64,000 nucleotides of DNA from an uncultured archaeon (GTDB lineage Archaea; Asgardarchaeota; Lokiarchaeia; Sigyniarchaeales; SOKP01), in the NCBI GenBank assembly GCA_964486045.1, contig CAZALK010000006.1, positions 96,001-160,000 on the forward strand, given 5' to 3'. Numbering within the stretch: position 1 is the first letter of the stretch; every line of letters begins with the position of its first letter. A program made the position numbers and the translations under genes. Of the stretch, positions 29,977 through 38,596 are shown piece by piece. The notes under the pieces were generated by a model, which saw only the letters and a list, made by a program, of their open reading frames with translations, did no database searches and was not told the DNA's origin.

Positions 29977-30996
29977 TTAAATTTTATAGAGATGGTCTAA
30001 AGTTATTACTACATGTCCCTTTTTTTCTCCTGTTTCAACATATCTGTGAGCTTCGGCAGTCTGTTCCAGTGGATAGCGTCTATCTATAACCGATTTTATC
30101 TTTCCTCCCTCAATAAGCCCCTTGAGGAAGAGTAAATCTTCAGTTTTTGGGTATGTTGCCCCGAATATCACTTTCTTGCTGCTCTTCTTTGAAATTTTTC
30201 TTCCTCGTAACTTCTGTGATGTCCCAGGGTTAGCTATAAGATAATGTCCGTTTTGTCTTAGCGAATTTATACTACCTGAAAATGAACTCTTGCTTATGAT
30301 GTCAAGAATAAAATCATAGGTTTCACCGCTCTTAGTGAAATCTTCTTGTGTGTAATCAATGACATGGTCAGCACCAATCGAGCGCAACATGTCCAATTTC
30401 TCTGTGCTTTCTACACCAGTCACTTCCGTCCCAAAGTACTTGGCAAGCTGCACCGCAAATGTACCTATAGTTCCACCCGCACCATTAATCAGAACCTTTT
30501 GTCCGCTCTGAATATTTCCTTTTCTAAGAAAATTCAATGCTTCAAGTCCCCCAACAGGAACGGTGGCTGCTTCCTCATGGGTCATATTGGTCGGTTTTAT
30601 TGCCATCTGACTATTGTTCGACTTATCTCCTTGTTCAGGTTCTTCAGGTAGACATATGTACTCAGCACAAGTACCCATACCAACAAAACCAGTAGCAGCA
30701 AAAACTTGGTCACCTTCTTTAAATAGTTTTATATCTTTGCCCACTGATTCTATTTCCCCGGATAACTCCATACCTAGTATTGTGATTCTCTTTGGTTTTC
30801 TGAGTCCGATATATAGTCGCATAAGCAGACGAAACTTCAGTGGCAATTTGAGATTTCGTTGTTCACAGTCCCCTGAAGTTACTGTTGTCGCATATATCCT
30901 TATCAATACTTCATTGTCTTTGGGAGTAGGTTTAACCACCTCTGCGAGCTGAAGAACTTCCGGATCCCCGTATTTTGTCCACACAATCGCTTTCAT
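29977..30996 (-). CDS. MDR-family NAD(P)-dependent oxidoreductase, paralog 5
   Basis: Same motifs (GAGGTIG). Confidence 0.9.
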   Translation of the reverse strand: MKAIVWTKYGDPEVLQLAEVVKPTPKDNEVLIRIYATTVTSGDCEQRNLKLPLKFRLLMRLYIGLRKPKRITILGMELSGEIESVGKDIKLFKEGDQVFAATGFVGMGTCAEYICLPEEPEQGDKSNNSQMAIKPTNMTHEEAATVPVGGLEALNFLRKGNIQSGQKVLINGAGGTIGTFAVQLAKYFGTEVTGVESTEKLDMLRSIGADHVIDYTQEDFTKSGETYDFILDIISKSSFSGSINSLRQNGHYLIANPGTSQKLRGRKISKKSSKKVIFGATYPKTEDLLFLKGLIEGGKIKSVIDRRYPLEQTAEAHRYVETGEKKGHVVITLDHLYKI

Positions 30997-31037
30997 GAAT
31001 ATTCCTATAAGGGTTGTCTTATTTCGAGGAAAATCAT

Positions 31038-31994
31038 CTAATTCTGGGCCACAGTTATAGCTACATTTCCCTTTTTGTGTCCTTTGTCTACGTATGCATG
31101 AGCTTCGACAATCTGCTCAAAAGTATAGGTTCTATCTATGACCGATTTTAACTTCCCAGCTTCAAGGAGCTCTTTGAGGAAAAGTAGATCATCAACCGTT
31201 TCCTTTCCTATTGATTTAAACACGGAAAGAAAGACTCCATTCTCCTTTAATGCACCCTTAATTCTTGAAGACGAAATTTTCCCTGCAGCATTAAAAATGA
31301 TATCATAGAGCTCTCCACTTTCTGTAAAATCCTCTTTAGTGTAGTCAATTACTTTATCGGCTCCTAGAGATTTCACCAATTCTAAGTTCGTGGTACTGCA
31401 GACCCCGGTAACTTCTGCTCCATAGTACTTAGCAAGTTGTACAGCAAATGTACCTACGCTACCAGAAGCTCCATGGATAAGAACTTTTTGTCCTTTCTGG
31501 ATATTTTCCTTTCTAAGATGACGCAATGCTGTAATTCCTCCATTAACAACAGCAGCAGCCTCCCCATATGTTATATTGGCTGGTTTTATTACAATCAATC
31601 CGTCTTCAGGTAAGCATTTGTACTCGGCATAAGCACCGAATTTCGTCGAGAAAGTAGATGCAAGAACCTGATCGCCTTTCTTAAATAATGTTACATCTTT
31701 ACCCACTGCTTCAATTTCCCCAGCTAACTCCATTCCAAGTATCGTTCTCTTTGGTTTTCTAAAACCTACAACAAAATGCATCATTATAGAATAAAATTTG
31801 GAATCTGGGTGTTTGCCTCTCCGAAGTATTGTGTCACCTACGTGTACTGTTGTTGCATATATTTTTACCAGTACTTCATTTTCCTTGGGAGTTGGTTTTT
31901 CTACCTCTTTAAGCTGAAGGACATCCGGTGGTCCGTATTTTGTATATACAATTGCTTTCATGAGTTTTCCCTCAAGATATTTTGATTCAGTCAT
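31038..31994 (-). CDS. MDR-family NAD(P)-dependent oxidoreductase, paralog 6
   Basis: Same motifs (GASGSVG); N-terminus identical to paralog 3. Confidence 0.9.
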   Translation of the reverse strand: MTESKYLEGKLMKAIVYTKYGPPDVLQLKEVEKPTPKENEVLVKIYATTVHVGDTILRRGKHPDSKFYSIMMHFVVGFRKPKRTILGMELAGEIEAVGKDVTLFKKGDQVLASTFSTKFGAYAEYKCLPEDGLIVIKPANITYGEAAAVVNGGITALRHLRKENIQKGQKVLIHGASGSVGTFAVQLAKYYGAEVTGVCSTTNLELVKSLGADKVIDYTKEDFTESGELYDIIFNAAGKISSSRIKGALKENGVFLSVFKSIGKETVDDLLFLKELLEAGKLKSVIDRTYTFEQIVEAHAYVDKGHKKGNVAITVAQN

Positions 31995-32050
31995 TTTCCT
32001 TTATAGTTTGAAAATTTATTATTATTATTATTATTATTATTTGTTATTAT
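31906..32050 (-). repeat. 145-bp identical inverted repeat, copy B
   Basis: Exact reverse complement of 27300-27444. Confidence 0.85.
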
Positions 32051-32189
32051 TATTATTATTTCACTCATAGATTTTAATTTCTTAATATCAACCAACTCTT
32101 GAAATTTTACTTTATCATCTTTCTTGATGAATATCTTTAATAATCACTTTTTTGTAAAATTTTAATATATTCTAGAGAGAATTTGAATT

Positions 32190-33122
32190 TTATCCTCCTA
32201 TTTGAGCCTTTACTCCGCAAGATTCAACAATTTCCTTAAGTTTTATCATATGGTCCTCACTAGGTGGTTCAACATCTGTAAGGTTATAGTCCATTCCAAT
32301 ACGACTGTATGTTTGAGTACCAAATTTATGGTAAGGCAAAAGATCTATTCTTTTAAGATTATCACCTAAATTCAAAGCAAATCTTGCTGTAGCTGTTATG
32401 TTGTCATCAGTATCATTAAAACCCGGTATTATGGGGATGCGTATTATCATAGGATTTATCGTAGAAATCTTTTTAGCATTCTCTAAAATAAGTTCATTAG
32501 AAACACCAGTTAATTCTTTATGGACAATGGGATCCATATGTTTAATATCTATAAACACGAGGTCCACATACTTAAGGATATTTTCCATATTATTCCATTT
32601 TACATAACCGCATGTTTCTATTGCTGTATGTATGTAAATCTGCTTACATCTTTTAAGGAATGCAGAGACAAACTCGGGTTGCATGGTAGGTTCACCGCCA
32701 CCAACAGTGACACCACCATTTGATCGTCTATAAAATGGGCTATCCTTATTAACTTCTTGGAATAGTTCCTCAAACGTTATATGATAACCAATAAGTTTCA
32801 ATGCCTGATTTGGGCAGGATTCAAGACATTTCCCGCAATATGTACAGAGTTTTCTGTCAATAATTATCTTATCTTCACCAGAAATTGTAATACCATGAAT
32901 AGGGCATACATCAACACAGCTACCGCACTTTTTACAATTAAATTCATTATGCATAATTTCAGGTTTTGATTTCTGCGTTTGAGGAGAAGAACACCACAAG
33001 CACTTTAAGGGACATCCCTTCATGTAAACCAGAGTCCGAATTCCGGGACCATCATGGATGGCAAACCTTTGTAAGTCATAAACGAAACCCTTACGTATAG
33101 GTTCATTTTTTGGCTGGACCAT
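32190..33122 (-). CDS. Glycyl-radical enzyme activating protein (radical SAM with 2x[4Fe-4S] insert)
   Basis: HDGPGIRT...GCPLKCLWC; CKKCGSCVDVCP and CTYCGKCLESCP; GGGEP. Confidence 0.93.
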   Translation of the reverse strand: MVQPKNEPIRKGFVYDLQRFAIHDGPGIRTLVYMKGCPLKCLWCSSPQTQKSKPEIMHNEFNCKKCGSCVDVCPIHGITISGEDKIIIDRKLCTYCGKCLESCPNQALKLIGYHITFEELFQEVNKDSPFYRRSNGGVTVGGGEPTMQPEFVSAFLKRCKQIYIHTAIETCGYVKWNNMENILKYVDLVFIDIKHMDPIVHKELTGVSNELILENAKKISTINPMIIRIPIIPGFNDTDDNITATARFALNLGDNLKRIDLLPYHKFGTQTYSRIGMDYNLTDVEPPSEDHMIKLKEIVESCGVKAQIGG

Positions 33123-33564
33123 GCTGTTTTACCTCATAATGTAGATAGGATTGTGATGTAAATAAAAAATTAGATAAATCTTTGAGTTTGTTTTATTAAA
33201 GTACTATTTCTAACTTAAATTTTTTTTATTTGAGATAAAGATCTGAAAGATTCCTATAAGATTTATTTCAGATACTGCAATTCTTTGTTTTATTTTATAG
33301 AAATCAATTATTTTTTCAATGCATTTTAACTAAATAGGAAGCATTTTCTTTAATTAATATCCGTCTTTTTGTTTCTTCTATTCCAATCCAATTTCTAAGA
33401 TTAATTCTTTTGTAGACTAAATCTTTACTTCGGAGTGTTCTTTAAATTATTTATTTTCAATTAATGTTCTATTATTTTATTAATAGAGATTTTAATCAGT
33501 GAAAGGAATTTGCGAATAATATAAAAAAAAACAAAGAAATACTAAACTAACCTTTTCATTTCTT

Positions 33565-36003
33565 CTACAGTCGATGTTCCGTTCGAGCGATGATACTGTC
33601 TTGGACTTGCTTATGCAGATCCACAAACCGGGCATTATATCCTGCCACCTTGACGACTAAATCTTTAAACTTTTCTGGATTTTTTTGAGCGGCTTTTAAA
33701 GTCTCAACAGAAACGACATTAATCTGAATATGATCGACTTTTTGATCTACAAAAGCCCTGATAAGGGCTGCTAACCTTTGGATTCCATTATCATTTTCAA
33801 AAACAATTGGATCTAGCTTCATATTCAATGATTGACCAAGTGAAAGTTCTGCGTTATTGATTTTTCCGACAGACTTGAGAACTGATGTGGGACCATTTAT
33901 ATCACTCCCCATTGTTGGAGAGACTCCGTCTGAAACAGGAGCTCCAGAATTTCTTCCTGAAGGTAGTGCCCCCACCATTAAACCGTGAGGTACATACGAT
34001 GACATTGGTACTTGATAGGCATATTTTGTTCCCCCATATGTTGTCTTGTATTTCATCGCTTCCTTTGCGACAAGGTGACTTACCCAGACAACCTGTTCAT
34101 CAGCATAATCATCATCATTGCCAAACTTAGGGGCTTCCAAGCACATTTTATGGATTTCTTCAAACCCTTCAAAATTACTTTCTAGTGCCTGACACAACTG
34201 ATCCATTGTAATCTTTTTTTCATCATACACCAGCTTTTTAATTGCAGCAAGAGAATTGCCCGCATCGACTGTTCCTAATGTAGTAACCGCACCGAGATTG
34301 TATCGCGCACCACCTTCTTCTCTACATTTGCCATTTTCAATGCAATCTTCGGTTAAGGCTGATGTGAAAATGGTTGGTTGAAGCATTTGCTCACCGAGGT
34401 TAGAGGCGACTGCACCTCTTTTCATCTCAAAAACAACTTGCTTACGAAATGCATCTCTTACCTCTTCAAATGATTTAAATTGTTTGGGATCACCTGTCTC
34501 TAATCCTCTTCTTTTACCGAAAATTCTACTCCAACCATTAGTCATCACGAGTTCCGTGGTAAGAGCCAGTAGCTGTGATTGGTTAACTGCCCATCCTCCT
34601 TCCATCGTATGCAAACTGGGTTCATGACAACCCACGCAACCTCCGAATTCCCGCGCCATCTCTAATGTAACCGGTCGTCCTCCAACGGTGGCTCCCCGTC
34701 CGAGAAGATTATTTACCAGAACATCATGATTGATATATTGGGGGTTTCCGCTCCCCACCGAAGTCAGTTGACATGCTTTTATTAGCAGATCATCCGGTGT
34801 TTTACTGTGGACTAAAAGACCGATAGCAGGTTCAACCATCCCAGGAGTATGCATTATTGCCTCGATGAACATGTAAGACAATTCGTTGGTGGCATCTGTT
34901 CCATCGGCTTTTAAACCACCAATATCAACATGATGACCAGGTGTATATTGCGAAATAAATCCTCCTTTCGTCCAAAGACCAAACGACTGAGAAAATCGCA
35001 TAAACCAACAATCAATCAACTCTTGGGCTTGTTCCTTTGTTATTCTTCCCTCTGTTATATCCTTTTCATAGAATGGGTATAAATATTGATCGGCTCTTCC
35101 TAGGCTTATTCCGCCGTGAAATGATAACTCCCATCCGAGCATCATATGAATGAACCAGACTGATTGTAGCGCTTGGTAGAATGAATTTGCTGGATTTGCT
35201 GGAACATTTTCACAGATATCACCAATTTTTAACAGTTCAGCTTTTCTCTTGCCATCCTCTTCCACTTCTGCTAGGGATTTTGCCTTGATCGCAAATCTTT
35301 TCCCGATCTCAGCAGCTGTTTCTAATGCTAGGATAACACCCTGAAGGAAGGGAGCCTTTTTAACCTCTTCCGAATCCGTTAGGTTTAATCTGTCCAATCT
35401 TTCCTCAGCATCTCGTTTTATCCCCAGAAGACCTTTTTTCAGAACTTTTGGGTAGTTAACAACATAATGGTCAACTTTCGGTGATGGAATCGCATATTTT
35501 ATTCCCAATTTCTTTGCCTCTGGAGGTATTGTTGGCATAAAATGATGTTCTTTCCAATAAGGATAGATCTCCTCCCTTAAAATTTTCTTATCTTCATCAT
35601 CAATAAGGAATGGATCGATCGTTCTAGTACTTAGAGAATCTAATTCCTTTTCCAGCCCAAATGCTGTATAAGGAATTGAATAAAAGGGGATTTCAGTACC
35701 CCGTGGCTCAGAAAATAACCACCCCACGAAAAGCTCATCAGGATAAATATTTATCGGTACTCCTTTAACAATTGCGCCAAATGATTTAGCCCGTCGAGTG
35801 ACCAATGGTTCTCCTTCAGTTTCCTTCCTACTTTGGGTTCGATTACGTGCAATATCGATAACTACCTTATTCCGAATGTTCAAATATCGCTGTCTTAGTA
35901 TTTCAACCCTTGGTGATGGTTTTATCGTAAAATGCCTGGCCCACATCGCTGTTGGATTAGCAATGGGTTCTTTAACAATTTGTTCCTTTATTATCTGGAC
36001 CAT
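33565..36003 (-). CDS. Glycyl radical enzyme (PFL2/dehydratase-like, specificity unknown)
   Basis: Cys loop VGCHEP; Gly-radical motif VKVAGYN; PKFGNDDDYAD; adjacent activase. Confidence 0.9.
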   Translation of the reverse strand: MVQIIKEQIVKEPIANPTAMWARHFTIKPSPRVEILRQRYLNIRNKVVIDIARNRTQSRKETEGEPLVTRRAKSFGAIVKGVPINIYPDELFVGWLFSEPRGTEIPFYSIPYTAFGLEKELDSLSTRTIDPFLIDDEDKKILREEIYPYWKEHHFMPTIPPEAKKLGIKYAIPSPKVDHYVVNYPKVLKKGLLGIKRDAEERLDRLNLTDSEEVKKAPFLQGVILALETAAEIGKRFAIKAKSLAEVEEDGKRKAELLKIGDICENVPANPANSFYQALQSVWFIHMMLGWELSFHGGISLGRADQYLYPFYEKDITEGRITKEQAQELIDCWFMRFSQSFGLWTKGGFISQYTPGHHVDIGGLKADGTDATNELSYMFIEAIMHTPGMVEPAIGLLVHSKTPDDLLIKACQLTSVGSGNPQYINHDVLVNNLLGRGATVGGRPVTLEMAREFGGCVGCHEPSLHTMEGGWAVNQSQLLALTTELVMTNGWSRIFGKRRGLETGDPKQFKSFEEVRDAFRKQVVFEMKRGAVASNLGEQMLQPTIFTSALTEDCIENGKCREEGGARYNLGAVTTLGTVDAGNSLAAIKKLVYDEKKITMDQLCQALESNFEGFEEIHKMCLEAPKFGNDDDYADEQVVWVSHLVAKEAMKYKTTYGGTKYAYQVPMSSYVPHGLMVGALPSGRNSGAPVSDGVSPTMGSDINGPTSVLKSVGKINNAELSLGQSLNMKLDPIVFENDNGIQRLAALIRAFVDQKVDHIQINVVSVETLKAAQKNPEKFKDLVVKVAGYNARFVDLHKQVQDSIIARTEHRL

Positions 36004-36267
36004 ATTCTTTCCTCATTGTGTAGATAGGATGATAGATTTAAATAAAATTAGGTAAATTTTTGATTCTTTAATAATAAAATTACATTACTTACTTAAATCT
36101 TTTTCATATGATTAAAGATTTCAAATGTGATTAAAGTCTCATTACAAACATTAGAATAATAAAATGAAAAAAGATTTTCCCTACGGAAGGTCCACCAATA
36201 ATATTATTCTTGTTGAGATCTTTAAATTTATAAATGTCTAATCCTACTAGGTGTTTGCTTTTATTAG

Positions 36268-36888
36268 GTGGGGCAAATTTTTATGAGTACAATTCAAGAT
36301 TTTGTGAAGGAAGCAAGCGAGAAATTATCCAAAACGGGAAAGAAAACCGGTTTAATGGTAAGAATTGGAGAAAAAGAGTCATACATCGTTCCTATATTCG
36401 AAACATTCGTCGTGAACCACGCAATAATAAATTTTGAAATCACTGGAGAAATTATAGCAAAATATTTTAGGAGATTAGGACAACAAGAAAGTGGTGGAGG
36501 GAGTAGTGGTCCAAAAGTTTCCGATAGACTAATAAAATATAGGAATAGGTCGGTGTATGTTGCATTGGATCCAGATAAGGAATCAGCCCGTATTAAAAGA
36601 GAAAATGATTCCCCTGAGCCCAAGGAAACGCGGCAAAAACTGAAAGAATCACATTATATGGCAGCAGAATGTATTTTCAAACCAAGTTTAGTAGGGAAAG
36701 ACAGTGAAGCATTAGATGGAGCGATATTGAGTGTGTTAAGCCTGTGTGAAGTTAATTTTAGGCGCGGATTATGTAATAATATCGTGGTATATGGACCAGC
36801 AGTATTCCGTGGGCTAAGTGAGAGATTACAATTAGAAATTCAAAAGAAATTTCAAGGTAAAATAGAAGTTAACGTCTCTAGTCTTTAA
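36268..36888 (+). CDS. Divergent, truncated actin-related protein (actin subdomains 3-4 only; likely start 36283)
   Basis: TGLMVRIGEKESYIVPIFE...HAI, YVALD and AECIFKPSLVG...CEVNFRRGLCNNIVVYG...GLSERLQ.EI align to the actin C-terminal half. Confidence 0.75.
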   Translation: MGQIFMSTIQDFVKEASEKLSKTGKKTGLMVRIGEKESYIVPIFETFVVNHAIINFEITGEIIAKYFRRLGQQESGGGSSGPKVSDRLIKYRNRSVYVALDPDKESARIKRENDSPEPKETRQKLKESHYMAAECIFKPSLVGKDSEALDGAILSVLSLCEVNFRRGLCNNIVVYGPAVFRGLSERLQLEIQKKFQGKIEVNVSSL

Positions 36889-37117
36889 TTATTTTTTTCC
36901 CATACTCCAACAATTTTTTAGGATTACTCTTTTCTTTAAGGATATTCAAGATAAGATGTATATTCGTTCGAAATATTGCAAAGCATAATATATCAATGAC
37001 TTTAAATAAATTCTCGAAATCTACTTATCTAAGAAATAATTATAAAAAATTAATATACTCCTACAAAATACAGATTAGGTTTATTTTAATTGAAGAAAAG
37101 AATTTAGTAAGAAAAAA

Positions 37118-37978
37118 ATGGTTGAAATTCTAAATGGTTTGGTTCTGAAAGAAGAAATTTTTGAAGATTTAACCAAAAAAATTAAGTTATCAACAGAGGA
37201 ATATGAAAGAGCTCCTGGTCTTGCAACTATTCTTATTGGAGAAGATGAAGCAAGTAAAATGTATATCAGAATGAAACATGAAACATGTAGGAGGTTAGGT
37301 ATATATTCTCTCAACGTGCATCTTCCCATCGAAAGTTCGATAGAGAGTATTAGAGAAAAAATTCAAAAGTTAAATAGAAATGATAATATTGATGGAATTC
37401 TTCTACAACTCCCTCTTCCTCTCAAGTTTAGAAAAGACCTCGATGAATTATTGAACTTAATTTCACCAAATAAGGACGTGGATGGATTAACTCCAAAAAG
37501 TATGGGTTTATGTATGATGGGTGATGAAACTTTTGCTGCGGCTACCCCAAAGGGGATCTTAAAGTTATTGGAAAATGCAGAAATTACAATTGAAGGTAAA
37601 GAAGTTGTTATTATTAATCGGACAACAGTAATAGGTAAACCTCTTGCTATGATGTTCTTAAAAAGGCACGGAACTGTAACAGTATGTCATACGAAAACGA
37701 AAAACCTTGATTTCCATATGAAAAGAGCAGATATCTTGGTATCAGGAACTAGTAACCTTAATTTTATCACTGCTGATAAAATCAAATATGGTGTTGTTAT
37801 CATTGATGCTGGTATTAATAAAAATGCAGAAGGAAAACTATGCGGTGATGTTGATTTTGAGGGAGTCAAGGATAAATGTTCTGCGATTTCTCCAGTTCCT
37901 GGTGGTGTTGGTCCAATGACAATTGCCATGCTTATGCAAAACACACATAACTCATTTCTAAAAAGAATTTCAGCCTGA
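37118..37978 (+). CDS. folD: Bifunctional methylenetetrahydrofolate dehydrogenase/cyclohydrolase
   Basis: YIRMK, DGILLQLPLP, KDVDG, PVPGGVGPMTIAML. Confidence 0.95.
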   Translation: MVEILNGLVLKEEIFEDLTKKIKLSTEEYERAPGLATILIGEDEASKMYIRMKHETCRRLGIYSLNVHLPIESSIESIREKIQKLNRNDNIDGILLQLPLPLKFRKDLDELLNLISPNKDVDGLTPKSMGLCMMGDETFAAATPKGILKLLENAEITIEGKEVVIINRTTVIGKPLAMMFLKRHGTVTVCHTKTKNLDFHMKRADILVSGTSNLNFITADKIKYGVVIIDAGINKNAEGKLCGDVDFEGVKDKCSAISPVPGGVGPMTIAMLMQNTHNSFLKRISA

Positions 37979-38348
37979 AAAACCTTCTTGGGAGACTAAG
38001 GATTTAATCTTAATATATATTTAAAATTTATATTGGACTTGGATGATCAGATTTGATCCAAAAACGGTGAGAGAAAGAAAAACTAACAAATATTTTTAGG
38101 TTAATAAAATGCATCCAAGATCCCACAATTAAGAAGTCTCATTAGTTTAATAAAGATGCAGGGTGGAATTAGCAAAGGAACTCTTTTTTATACAATAATT
38201 AAACAATGTGAGAAGGAATGGTAAGAGAAAATAGAAAAAATAATAAGGATTTTGACAGATTTATCCATATTTTATTTTGCTTAACTTGACTTTTTACCAT
38301 CCGAATATTTCTGAGGTCACATAAATATATTCATCGAGATTCTTGTTG

Positions 38349-38507
38349 TTAAATTTCTCGCCGTCTTAATCTTAATCTATATTTTCTTAATTCATCTATT
38401 ACAAACACACTAAAAGCTCCAAGAAAAAGTGCTAGCCAATATTCCCCTCGAAGTAAGGGCACAACATTAAACAAACCTCCAATGGGGGTAAATAATATTA
38501 ATAATTG
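38349..38507 (-). pseudogene. C-terminal relic of a second P-type ATPase paralog
   Basis: QLLILFTPIGGLFNVVPL...AFSVFVIDELRKYR* versus QLLILYTPMGIAFHVVPL...AFSVSVVDELRKWR in the adjacent gene. Confidence 0.75.
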
Positions 38508-38596
38508 AGAGAATTACTAATTCAATTTCGAATAAATTGACGGAATTATAAAATTAATAAAAATTAAAGATAAGAGCTAGATTAGATAATTATCTA

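Noticed and set aside
30605-30650. About 9-aa insertion in MDR paralog 5 with a CTGA/TCAG helix resembling a BHB intron
   Set aside because: Canonical cuts would remove 28 or 37 nt and break the frame. The flanking stems are weak and the ORF is already open.
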